Origin: an uncultured Chitinophagaceae bacterium
Lineage (GTDB): Bacteria > Bacteroidota > Bacteroidia > Chitinophagales > Chitinophagaceae
Length of the DNA stretch: 46,474 nt
Assembly (NCBI GenBank): GCA_965649585.1
Contig: CBFGLL010000001.1
Span: forward strand, 1 to 46,474
Direction: 5' to 3'
This document shows positions 29,559-38,931 of this stretch, in pieces. The stretch's first letter is position 1; every line of letters starts with the position of its first letter. The position numbers and the translations under genes were made by a program. Below the pieces are notes generated by a model. It saw only the letters and a list, made by a program, of their open reading frames with translations. It was not told where the DNA came from and ran no database searches.

Positions 29559-29935
29559 TAATTATTTGGATGCCCGGCATCGAGCCATTTTCTTATTTTG
29601 GTAAGATTGCAGTCGCTGAGTTTGCCTGCATTTTTTGGCATGGGCGAAAAGTTGGTACTATGTGACACTGCCCCCCACAACCTTCCGTTCGCTGCCTGTA
29701 TGCTTACACCTTCGTAGGTATCGAGCCTGATGCCGGCCGACGGAACAGAACCTCCATGGCAACTTACACAGTTGGAACTTAATACCGGCTGAATAGTGGT
29801 GCTGTATTTTACGATGGCAGTATCACAGATCGAATCGGGATACAATACTTCTTCTTTGTCGTAGTAACAACTACTGAGGGAAAAAGCGATTAACGCAGCT
29901 GCTATTGTTTCAAAAATTATGATTGATTTTTTCAT
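29558..29935 (-). CDS. Monoheme c-type cytochrome lipoprotein
   Basis: Start MKKSII; lipobox SLSSC-YYDKEE; CVSCH; distal MPK. Confidence 0.85.
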   Translation of the reverse strand: MKKSIIIFETIAAALIAFSLSSCYYDKEEVLYPDSICDTAIVKYSTTIQPVLSSNCVSCHGGSVPSAGIRLDTYEGVSIQAANGRLWGAVSHSTNFSPMPKNAGKLSDCNLTKIRKWLDAGHPNN

Positions 29936-29939
29936 TTGA

Positions 29940-30644
29940 TCAGTTGTTTGGCGTTCCGGATTCAATCCATTTTCTCACTTGTGTTATCTGGCAGTCGCTA
30001 AGTTTGGCTGCGTTTTTAGGCATGGGCGAATAACCGGCTGCATGGGTGATGGCGCTGTACAATCTGCCGCTCTGCGCTGCTGCGGCTACACCACCATAAC
30101 TGGAAAGGTTAATACTTCCGCTCGGATTTCCACCAGAGTGGCATCCCACACAATAGGTATTGGTGATAACACTCACAGCCGTACTGAATTTAAAATTCAT
30201 AGTATCGCAATTGGTTCCGCAGTTGGTAGTGTTCAAAGCACCTTCATTGATCCACCTTCCAATCAATGCTTTTTGTGTAGCAGTTAAATCCGGGTTGGGA
30301 GCGGGTGGCATTTTATCATCGCCATCTTCAAACAATACTTCATACACTTCGCTATTGGATGCGTTGCCGGGAATGATGTCCTTCCGCATAATGTTTTCAT
30401 AACTATCGAAAACATACCCTTCCGTATGTGTAGCTGCATCGTGGCAACCGCTTTTGGCGCAGTTACTTTGAAACAGCGGTAAAATTTCTGTTTCAAAACA
30501 AACCCTGGTGCTACCGGGTCCACCGCCTGTGCCGCCACCCGTTGGAGGATCGGGCACCGTGGTGGGGGGAGGCGTATGTTTACAGGCAGCTGCAAACAAC
30601 AGGAATCCCAAAAAAGCTGTGATAAAAATATTGATCTTATTCAT
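29940..30644 (-). CDS. Diheme c-type cytochrome lipoprotein (planctomycete cytochrome c-like domains)
   Basis: Lipobox AAAC-KH; CAKSGCH (CX4CH) with MPP; CVGCH with MPK; WINEGA and WIESG motifs. Confidence 0.85.
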   Translation of the reverse strand: MNKINIFITAFLGFLLFAAACKHTPPPTTVPDPPTGGGTGGGPGSTRVCFETEILPLFQSNCAKSGCHDAATHTEGYVFDSYENIMRKDIIPGNASNSEVYEVLFEDGDDKMPPAPNPDLTATQKALIGRWINEGALNTTNCGTNCDTMNFKFSTAVSVITNTYCVGCHSGGNPSGSINLSSYGGVAAAAQSGRLYSAITHAAGYSPMPKNAAKLSDCQITQVRKWIESGTPNN

Positions 30645-30648
30645 GTCG

Positions 30649-31089
30649 CTATTGCTTTATGTAAACACGGGTTAAATAGAGATCCGCTTTTATTCCAAGC
30701 TCGGGTTCGGCCTGGCCCGGCCCATTGCATATTCCTTTTAATTCTACCTGCTGGCCTTGTGAAAGCACAATACCTTCCTGTTCCATGGTACAGTTTACAT
30801 AAGCACTTTCTTCACCACTCGCCAGCAGTACTAATTGTTCATTTTGCTGGTTGGTAGATAAGCCTGCCACCGTACCTTTTACCTCTACTACTTTTCCATT
30901 GTAAAGTTTTTGTGCAGTAATGCTATCCGCCAGGTAAGCCCTGTATAGATCAACGGCATCCACTTTAATTCCCGAGGCTGATTTTACATCCATGGGACCC
31001 TTGTTGTACATATAATATGCAACCGCTGAAGCTGCGAGCAGTAAAGCTGCACTCAGCATTAATAATCGGTTTCTATTTGCTGCTTTCAT
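30649..31089 (-). CDS. Membrane-anchored OB-fold protein (tRNA_anti-like)
   Basis: N-terminal TM; YNGKVVEVKGTV; VELKGICNG. Confidence 0.8.
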   Translation of the reverse strand: MKAANRNRLLMLSAALLLAASAVAYYMYNKGPMDVKSASGIKVDAVDLYRAYLADSITAQKLYNGKVVEVKGTVAGLSTNQQNEQLVLLASGEESAYVNCTMEQEGIVLSQGQQVELKGICNGPGQAEPELGIKADLYLTRVYIKQ

Positions 31090-31135
31090 GCGCTAAAAGT
31101 ATAACCACAATACGTGTTGCGCAAAGTGAAGGATG

Positions 31136-31166
31136 CCGAACGGGGAAAAATGATTGCTGAGCCGGG
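31136..31166 (-). promoter_or_regulatory. Candidate LytTR binding site upstream of the cytochrome/YceI operon
   Basis: ccgaacggggaaaaatgattgctgagccggg, upstream of a degenerate -7 element TACTTTTA (31094-31101). Confidence 0.65.
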
Positions 31167-31787
31167 CTATTTTGCATTTACATAATGCTCCACCGGTATG
31201 CGGTTGCTGATGCTTTTGGCAAGCGTCATTTCATCTGCATATTCCAGTTCGCCACCAAAAGCAATACCCCGGGCAATGGTGGTGATCTTTACAGGTATGT
31301 CGGTGAGTTTTCTGCCGATATAATAAATGGTAGTGTCTCCCTGGATGTTAGGATTCAATGCAAAAATGATCTCCTGGATATTTTCGGTTTTGATACGTTC
31401 TATTAATGCGTCGATAGTTAACTGGTCGGGACCCACACCATCAAGCGGGGAAATTACGCCGCCCAATACATGATACAACCCGTTAAACTGCTGGGTACTT
31501 TCAATGGCTATAACATCCCTGATATTTTCCACCACGCAAATGGTTCCGTTGCTTCTTGCCCTGTTGGCACATATATGGCAAATATTTTCATCAGAAATAT
31601 TAAAACAGCGGCTGCAAAATTTAATCTCTGCCCTCATACGGGCAATGGAATCGCTGAAATGCTGCACTTCCGCTGCATCCTGTTTAATTAAATGCAATAC
31701 CAGCCTCAATGCAGTTTTTTTGCCAATACCAGGAAGTTTCGCAAATTCGTTCACCGCATTTTCCAACAAAGAAGAGGAGAAAACCAT
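31167..31787 (-). CDS. recR: Recombination mediator RecR
   Basis: LPGIGKKTALRL HhH; C4 zinc finger; YHVLGG; GGELEYAD. Confidence 0.97.
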   Translation of the reverse strand: MVFSSSLLENAVNEFAKLPGIGKKTALRLVLHLIKQDAAEVQHFSDSIARMRAEIKFCSRCFNISDENICHICANRARSNGTICVVENIRDVIAIESTQQFNGLYHVLGGVISPLDGVGPDQLTIDALIERIKTENIQEIIFALNPNIQGDTTIYYIGRKLTDIPVKITTIARGIAFGGELEYADEMTLAKSISNRIPVEHYVNAK

Positions 31788-31871
31788 TGAGCAAAGTTAG
31801 TAAGGTTGAAGGTTAAAGCCGGAAAGTTGGCGGCAGAAAGTTTTTTGAAGCGGCAGCCTGCCCGAAGCAAT

Positions 31872-33263
31872 TTATTTTTTAAGATCTATATCCCGCTCAT
31901 TATCCCAGTTGGCCCGCAGGCTAAGCTTTTGTGGTAGGGTAATGGCGATTTCCGGTTGTAGTTTTTTGTTATAATCACCTGGCGTCCAAACACCGTCTTT
32001 ATTACGATCATTCAATATGCGTATTGAATACTCGCCGGGAGTGAACATCTTATTACTCCATTCGGTGCCGGTGAGCGGGTACGACATTTTTATTTCATCT
32101 CCCTGTACAAACTGTAACACCGGGTTTTCAGAAAGGTCGAGGTTTTTAAATCTCAACACTATCCTTGCATAATCCGCCTGCGTTTTGGCAACAAACTCCA
32201 GTGTATCGCCACGGCTTAACTGGTTGCCGGCAGAGTCGGCAATAGCCTCTTTCGGGAGAATAAGTTTGTAAGCATTGCCTGCAATCCACTGCACCTGGTA
32301 GGTTACCGACTTTGCAGTGCTGTCGAGGCTTACCACCGCCGGCACTGGAACATAGTTGGTGTCGGTGAGGCGAACCAGGGCTGTATCAAATTTGCGCAAA
32401 GGATTATTAAAGTTGAGTACAAGGGGTTGAAAAAGATCCTGCGGACCCGTTAGGTTGGAGCTTACTTTTAAAGTTTTTTCAGGCGCCTTTTTTAAAATAG
32501 GTGCTATTTTTCCATCCCTTGGCTTTTCCTGTGTATAGGCATACAACAGGTTTGAATCGGCAGCAGCACCGCTTTGCACAGCTTCCTCCAAAAAGGCAAA
32601 ATATTCTGTTTTGTTGTTGTAATATTTGTTGCCGTCCACATCTTTTAATGCATATAATTTAAAACTACCTTGCGGCAAATAGGAAAACCGGAAATAACCG
32701 TTGCCATCAGGCCTCGCCAGGTAATCCGGCCGCTGGGTTTTTACAGCGCTATCCTGCAGGTTCCTGTAAAGCACTACCGAAATGGTGCTATCGGGCAGGC
32801 CGGTTTCGGCAAGCAATACCCTGCCGCTGATTCTGGCACTGTCAATTGCCGGCCCGGTTGAAAAAACATAGGTGAAATCCTTGAATAGATTGCCTTCGTT
32901 GACATCCCTGATGGCATTACCGAAATTGATACTATACGTGGTATTGGGCAGCAGCGTATCCCTGAGCCTTACTGTTACTGTTCTCAGGTTATAGTTTACC
33001 TGGGGAGAATTTTTTTGCATGGGCGATACCAGCACATTTTTCTGTGCTTCCATCACTTCTACATATTCATCAAACTGGAGGGTGATGCGGTTGCCGGAAA
33101 TATTTACTGCTTTGAGGTCTGGAGATGCTTTGACCAGGGTGGGCGCTATTGAATCACGGGCGCCACCGGTAGGCGAACCAATCTGGGCGCAGCCCATATT
33201 GAAAGCAGCCAGTGAATAAACAATTGCTGCAATTACCAACCCCGAAAAAAAAACTTGCCTCAT
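31872..33263 (-). CDS. Ig-like (Big_5) domain lipoprotein
   Basis: GCAQIGSPTGG.RD..AP; FDEYV; TTYSINFG; YVFSTG. Confidence 0.8.
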   Translation of the reverse strand: MRQVFFSGLVIAAIVYSLAAFNMGCAQIGSPTGGARDSIAPTLVKASPDLKAVNISGNRITLQFDEYVEVMEAQKNVLVSPMQKNSPQVNYNLRTVTVRLRDTLLPNTTYSINFGNAIRDVNEGNLFKDFTYVFSTGPAIDSARISGRVLLAETGLPDSTISVVLYRNLQDSAVKTQRPDYLARPDGNGYFRFSYLPQGSFKLYALKDVDGNKYYNNKTEYFAFLEEAVQSGAAADSNLLYAYTQEKPRDGKIAPILKKAPEKTLKVSSNLTGPQDLFQPLVLNFNNPLRKFDTALVRLTDTNYVPVPAVVSLDSTAKSVTYQVQWIAGNAYKLILPKEAIADSAGNQLSRGDTLEFVAKTQADYARIVLRFKNLDLSENPVLQFVQGDEIKMSYPLTGTEWSNKMFTPGEYSIRILNDRNKDGVWTPGDYNKKLQPEIAITLPQKLSLRANWDNERDIDLKK

Positions 33264-33349
33264 CCAGGAAATTTACCTTTTAAAAATTTGCGTGAAGGTA
33301 TTGCACAATCCCTGTGTAATATGCAAATGAATGATAAAATTTGTATTCA

Positions 33350-36300
33350 TCATTCCTGTTCTGCGTCCGCAAGTTCATGTAGCTCTATTTCCAGCTGATT
33401 ATCTTTTACAAAATTGCACCAGTGGCAGTCTTGTTTGCCGCAGCCGGTATAAAAATCCTTCTGCTGTATTTTGTGCCATGTATTGGTAAGCTGTTGAGTT
33501 ACGGTTTCAATATCCTCCGGCTTAATGATGATCTTTTCTTTGTGATATTCTTTTTTCTTATCATCCGGTTCTATAAAATCAAACTCGGTGCTGATCACTT
33601 TCCAATCCTTTTGCGGGTAATTATCAATTAAAATTTTATAAAACACTGCCTGCCTCCAGTAATCGCCACCGTTGGGGTCTTTATCGCCAGGCGGTTTCGT
33701 TTTGGGTAAGGCGTTATTATAATTCCCCGTTTTATAATCCACTACGTTCACTTCTTTGCCGTTGAACTCCAGCTTGTCTAACTTACCCTTGATGGGCACG
33801 CCATTTACTACCACACCCCTGATATTTCTTTCAACTGCTACTACTTTGTTCCAGCTATGAATATATTTATCGTAATAGTTTCTCAAAACGGTATCGCCAT
33901 ATTCCATTCTCCTGCTGAACGATTCCTTTGTAAAAGCTTCCCTGTGCTTACGCATATACCATTCAAAGTCGGCAATCAAGTCTTCCTTTAAAGGGAATGT
34001 TTCTTTACCACCGTCCTGCATTTTTCGAAAAAAGCTTTCTAATGCATGGTGTATAGCGCTACCAAATTCTGTTGCTTCATTTTTACCGGCAGGTATACGC
34101 ACCAGGTTTTGATAATAGAATTGTAAGGGGCATTTGAGATAATTGTTGAGCGCAGTAACATTCATCACGAATTTGTCGAGCATGGTATTGATGAAGTCTT
34201 CTTCGGCATGTTGTATCTCCGGCGCCATTTCTACAAACTGCAATGATCTGAACTGGAAAAGTTCTTCCTCGGTAAATGTAGGCTGCTCTATTACTACCTG
34301 CGGATGTTTATCTGTTATTTCCGCAATAAACACCGATGGCTCCATTTCTTTCCCATCGTTTTTATACCGTGCCCATGAAATATACAAATGTGTTTCTGCA
34401 CGGGTAAGCGCCACATAAAAAAGCCTGCGCAACTCTTCCTTATCTGCATTAGCAGCATTGGAAACTGTTTCAAAAATGGTATCGGGCAATTTATATCCAC
34501 CGCCTGGTTTTCTTTTTTTCTCCCAGGAAGATGCATTCACCCCGGCGAAAAACACATGCTCAAACTCAAGCCCCTTGCTACCATGCGCCGTCATAAGGTT
34601 TACCGCCTTATCACTACCACTCACCTGCTGCAATGGCAGGCGGATATCTTCATTTTGCATGAGTTCGATAATATTAACCAGGCCATTGAGCGATAGTAAA
34701 GGGTTGCGGGATGTTTCTTCTTTAATAAAATCAAAAAATGCTGTGAGCATTTGCATCAACTCAATTTTTTGTTCGTGCTGCATGATGTATGATAACACGC
34801 CCGCCTTTTGAATTAAACGCTCAAATAATTGCAGCAAGGTTACATTGGGCACATCTGTAATAAGGCCTTCCAGCACATTACTTAATGCTGATAGTTTGGC
34901 AGGCTGACCAATATCAAAAAGATCTTTGGGTGGCAGGGATGCCCTGTCAATTAACTCCCGGCGAATAGACGAGGAGCCCCCCGCATAATTTTTTTTGTTG
35001 ACGGCCACAGTAAGTTTTGCAATTTCTATCGGTGGTATTTTGTAAAAATCAAAGTGCAGAATTTCAAACAACATTTCATCGCCGCCGTATGGGCTATCAT
35101 GCTCTGCATCCAGGTATTGCAGCAGCAGCACCAGTTTTTTAATGAAAGGTTGTTCCAGCAGGTTTAGGCTCCGCTTGCTGTAAAAAGGAATTTTTTTCAG
35201 TCGAAAATAACTAGCCAGTTCTTCGCCATACCGGTTTTCCTTGTAAATAACGCCAATACGCCCGGGCTCCACACCTTCGGCCAGTAACTTTTCTACCGAG
35301 TTACTGATGCCGAGCATTTCCTCACTCACTGAATTGTATTGGATCAATGATGGTAAATGGGTAAGTGAATTGATCTTTACATTACTCGAGCGTAAATCTT
35401 TACTCAGGTCTTTTAATTGTTTTACAAGCCGGTCTTCGTTTTGATCTATCAGCGATTTTGAAATATCGAGGATGGGTTGTGTGCTCCGATAGTTATTGGT
35501 AAGTACCACTGTTTTAAGATCATTATTGTAGCGGTTCGCAAACTCCATCATATTTTCTACGTTGGCTCCCTGGAACCGGTAAATGCTCTGATCATCATCC
35601 CCCACCACGAACACGTTGGGTGCGTCCCAAAAGTTGATGAGCAATTGCACCAGGCTGTTTTGTGTGCCGCTGGTATCCTGGAATTCATCAACGAGGATGT
35701 ATTGGTATTTTTCCTGGTAACCTGCCAGCACATTTTTATTTTCTTCGAAAACCCTGATCACCCAATTGATCATATCGTCGAAATCGTAACGATTTTTCTG
35801 GCGCATGAGCTGTTGGTAGTTTTCAAATTCATTTACAGCGGCCTTTAATTTCTGCATGCGTTCTATCTCATCGAAATAAGCAGGCTTTTTATCTCCCTTG
35901 TTCCATTTGCCGGCACGGCTGGTTTTATAAATGAAACGTTCTTCATCATCCTGCTCTATGATTTTAAGATAATCGTCTATTTTCTGGTTTAAAAAAGCCG
36001 TGGACCAACCTTCTCTTTTCATGGTTGAAAACAAGGATCGCAGGCTGCTCACCTCGTAATACACATCGCCCCGGTAGCGCTTAAGCGGGTGATTCTTCGG
36101 GAAACCATCCACCAGTTTTTTAAACAGCTGAATGCTTTCTAATTCTGAAATGGCATCCAGCGAAGTTTTTTCAAATAAGTGCAGGTTATCCTGGATCACA
36201 TCGTTGCAAAATGCGTGGAAGGTATAGATGTTTACTTTATAAGCAGCTGCACCAATAAATTGCTGAAGGCGCCTGCGCATAGCAATGGCACCTGCATCTG

Positions 36301-36514
36301 TATAAGTGAGGCAGAGAATATTTTCTGGCAACGCATCTGTATCGAGTAAAATTTTTGCAATGCGGGCCGCAAGGATCTGGGTTTTACCTGTTCCCGGCCC
36401 TGCTATCACCATCACCGGACCTTCAATAGTATCTACCGCAAATCTTTGCTGCGGATTGAGGCGTTCATATACCTCGGCAAATTTGAGCTCCAGGTTTTCC
36501 CTATATGTTTGCAT
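33350..36514 (-). CDS. UvrD/REP ATP-dependent helicase fused to a C-terminal PD-(D/E)XK nuclease with putative Fe-S cysteines
   Basis: AGPGTGKT, VDEFQD, VGDDDQSIY, TAHGSKGLE, FYVALTRA; nuclease GKLDK...DYKTG; Cys in YLKCP and CGKQDCHWC. Start MQTYRE. Confidence 0.92.
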   Translation of the reverse strand: MQTYRENLELKFAEVYERLNPQQRFAVDTIEGPVMVIAGPGTGKTQILAARIAKILLDTDALPENILCLTYTDAGAIAMRRRLQQFIGAAAYKVNIYTFHAFCNDVIQDNLHLFEKTSLDAISELESIQLFKKLVDGFPKNHPLKRYRGDVYYEVSSLRSLFSTMKREGWSTAFLNQKIDDYLKIIEQDDEERFIYKTSRAGKWNKGDKKPAYFDEIERMQKLKAAVNEFENYQQLMRQKNRYDFDDMINWVIRVFEENKNVLAGYQEKYQYILVDEFQDTSGTQNSLVQLLINFWDAPNVFVVGDDDQSIYRFQGANVENMMEFANRYNNDLKTVVLTNNYRSTQPILDISKSLIDQNEDRLVKQLKDLSKDLRSSNVKINSLTHLPSLIQYNSVSEEMLGISNSVEKLLAEGVEPGRIGVIYKENRYGEELASYFRLKKIPFYSKRSLNLLEQPFIKKLVLLLQYLDAEHDSPYGGDEMLFEILHFDFYKIPPIEIAKLTVAVNKKNYAGGSSSIRRELIDRASLPPKDLFDIGQPAKLSALSNVLEGLITDVPNVTLLQLFERLIQKAGVLSYIMQHEQKIELMQMLTAFFDFIKEETSRNPLLSLNGLVNIIELMQNEDIRLPLQQVSGSDKAVNLMTAHGSKGLEFEHVFFAGVNASSWEKKRKPGGGYKLPDTIFETVSNAANADKEELRRLFYVALTRAETHLYISWARYKNDGKEMEPSVFIAEITDKHPQVVIEQPTFTEEELFQFRSLQFVEMAPEIQHAEEDFINTMLDKFVMNVTALNNYLKCPLQFYYQNLVRIPAGKNEATEFGSAIHHALESFFRKMQDGGKETFPLKEDLIADFEWYMRKHREAFTKESFSRRMEYGDTVLRNYYDKYIHSWNKVVAVERNIRGVVVNGVPIKGKLDKLEFNGKEVNVVDYKTGNYNNALPKTKPPGDKDPNGGDYWRQAVFYKILIDNYPQKDWKVISTEFDFIEPDDKKKEYHKEKIIIKPEDIETVTQQLTNTWHKIQQKDFYTGCGKQDCHWCNFVKDNQLEIELHELADAEQE

Positions 36515-36741
36515 ACAACCAAAGTTAAGGTTAGCGCCCATGGTTTTTGTACGGTTTTGCAATGTTGAAGGCAGAAATTTACCGGCCATCCTTTTTAACC
36601 AATATATAAACGAAATTTATATTGTTTCTACAAGCATGGACTGGTATTTGTGCTATAATTGTGCATCAAGTTAACCATCCAGAAATTTTTGCTGATTTAT
36701 CACTTACTGAAGGAAACCAGCCCCTGGTAAATACTTTATCA

Positions 36742-37122
36742 ATGACAAATCGAAAAGCACTTATTGTGGACGATGAAGAAGACACTTGTTTTCTGCTATC
36801 GATGATACTTAAGCAACAGGACTGGGAAACCAGCTTTGTTCATTCACTTTCCGAAGCCAGCAAATCGCTTGCTGCGGAAGAACCTGCCGTTATATTCCTC
36901 GATAATAACCTGGGCGATGGACTGGGTGTGGAATACATACCTCAGATAAAAACCCGTTACCCATTAGCCAAAGTGATATTAATTACCGCATTTGATACGC
37001 TTCCTACCCGGAGTCTGGCGTTTGAAAACGGTGCCCATTACTTTGTGGGTAAGCCTTTCGACAAACAGGCCATTCACCAGGCACTCGATTCAGTGAAAGT
37101 GGGTGGTGATACCAAGGATTGA
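36742..37122 (+). CDS. Single-domain response regulator
   Basis: Start MTNRK; IVDDE, LDNNLGDG, ITA, KPF. Confidence 0.88.
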   Translation: MTNRKALIVDDEEDTCFLLSMILKQQDWETSFVHSLSEASKSLAAEEPAVIFLDNNLGDGLGVEYIPQIKTRYPLAKVILITAFDTLPTRSLAFENGAHYFVGKPFDKQAIHQALDSVKVGGDTKD

Positions 37123-37125
37123 TGT

Positions 37126-37142
37126 TTGGCAACATTTTTTCA
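37126..37142 (+). promoter_or_regulatory. Candidate sigma54-type -24/-12 promoter
   Basis: TTGGCAACATTTTTTCA (GG-N10-TC). Confidence 0.45.
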
Positions 37143-37182
37143 TTACAGCTATCAGATTTTGTTCACCTTAAAACGTCAAACT

Positions 37183-37335
37183 ATGTCGAATCTATTGTAC
37201 ATCATCGCTGTAATACTGATTATAGGCTGGATCTTCGGATTTTTCGTTTATAGTGCCGGGGGTTTAATTCACATCCTCCTGGTAATTGCGGTAATTGCGA
37301 TTCTTTTAAATCTTATCAGGGGAAGAGGGGTTTAA
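37183..37335 (+). CDS. lmo0937 family (DUF5670) small membrane protein
   Basis: MSNLLYIIAVILIIGWIFGFFVYSAGGLIHILLVIAVIAILLNLIRGR. Confidence 0.85.
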   Translation: MSNLLYIIAVILIIGWIFGFFVYSAGGLIHILLVIAVIAILLNLIRGRGV

Positions 37336-37346
37336 TTTCCACAACC

Positions 37347-38759
37347 TCAAATTTCTTGTTCAAAGGGCAGTTGTATTATAAACGAACTGCCTTTTTTGTA
37401 TTCACTCTCCACGTTAATGAGGCCTTTGTGATTTAAGATGATGTTCTGTGCGTTGGTAAGACCAAGGCCAGTCCCCTTTGCCTTTGTAGTGGTGAATGGC
37501 TCAAACAGTTTTGCCAGGGTTTCCGGCGGGATCCCGCCGGCATTATCTTTTATGGTGATAAAACAGTTGTTGCCCCGGGCCTCGGTTGTTATTTCTATTC
37601 GTCCCGGTTTGCCATCCATGGCTTCCGCTGCATTAATTATAAGATTGAGAAATGCAATACTGATCTTTTTTCTATCAATATTCACTTTGCAGATATTGGA
37701 ATCATAATTTTTTATCACTTCTACATGTTGCAGCTGCAACCTGTCTTTAGCCTCCTCCAGTGTTTGGTCTATTACTTCATTGATGGAAACTGGTTCAAAA
37801 TTTAACTGAAGGTAGCGGGTAGAATTTAAAAGATCTGTAACAATGCTGTTAATACGGGTGGTATTGCGTTTTATAATATCAAGCAACATTGCATGTTCAC
37901 TCCCGTTCTCAGCCTGTTCCGCCATTTGATCCAGCGCCAGGCCGATATTATTCAACGGGTTTTTTATTTCATGGGCCATGGTTGAAGCCATCCTGCCAGT
38001 GGCGGCAAATTTTTCAATGCGCCTGTGTTTATCAAGTTCAAGGTTGGTGGCAGCTAATTGTTCAAGCCGTTTTTCCAACTCTACTGCATACAATTGTGTT
38101 ACACTTTCCGATTTTCGCTTCGCCAGGTTTTCTTTATTGTACGTAATGAGGGAATAAGTACCCAGGATAGCAACAATTAAAAATGAAATAAGCGCAAGGG
38201 TGCTGGTGGAATTATTTACAACGTTCTCGCTCTTTTTAGACTCAGCCAGCGCAGCCAGCTGCACCGCTTTTACATTTAACGATGCTATGCGCATGGAATC
38301 CATATTGGCCCGGGATGCTGTTAACATAGCTCTCAGGCTATCAGTAACCTGCTTGCCGGTTGACTGGTAGTAGGAAATGATATTATTAGTATGCGTGATC
38401 TTTTGGCGGGATAGTAGTTTTAATTGGCGAAGATTTATATCCGACCGCAGGCTGGAATGTTCGGCAATACTGTCAAGTATGGTATTACAACTGTCTAGGC
38501 TCTTTTCAGCATTTGCCTGTTCGTTAAGAAATGCGATATCTGCCGATAAAATGTATCCCTGCATGGCAAGTTCCACATCCTGGTAGGCAATAGACAAATC
38601 GCCCAGTGTTCTGATGGTGTTGTTAGAATGTTCTACCAGGTGACGCCTATCGCCGCTTTGCTTAAGGTTGTAAAAAAACAATGCATAAGATATGATGATG
38701 AGTATGAAAGCCACCCCATATCCTGGCCGTACCATATTGTTGATTTTTTCCATCGCCAT
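37347..38759 (-). CDS. Sensor histidine kinase with CHASE3-like domain
   Basis: Two TMs; H-box MAHEIKNPL; NLIINA; DNAGGI; GTGLGL. Confidence 0.92.
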   Translation of the reverse strand: MAMEKINNMVRPGYGVAFILIIISYALFFYNLKQSGDRRHLVEHSNNTIRTLGDLSIAYQDVELAMQGYILSADIAFLNEQANAEKSLDSCNTILDSIAEHSSLRSDINLRQLKLLSRQKITHTNNIISYYQSTGKQVTDSLRAMLTASRANMDSMRIASLNVKAVQLAALAESKKSENVVNNSTSTLALISFLIVAILGTYSLITYNKENLAKRKSESVTQLYAVELEKRLEQLAATNLELDKHRRIEKFAATGRMASTMAHEIKNPLNNIGLALDQMAEQAENGSEHAMLLDIIKRNTTRINSIVTDLLNSTRYLQLNFEPVSINEVIDQTLEEAKDRLQLQHVEVIKNYDSNICKVNIDRKKISIAFLNLIINAAEAMDGKPGRIEITTEARGNNCFITIKDNAGGIPPETLAKLFEPFTTTKAKGTGLGLTNAQNIILNHKGLINVESEYKKGSSFIIQLPFEQEI

Positions 38760-38931
38760 TAACCAATGTGTAGATAATTATACAATTTGTAAATGCTGCA
38801 AAGTTAACCCCCGCAGGCGGTTCACACGTACAAGATATTCTTTTTGAATCATGTATATTTTCTTAACAAAATTGCTTGAATAAGTTGTAACCAATTTTTA
38901 GGATTGGTATGGTTTTTCTTTTTTTGTTTAT

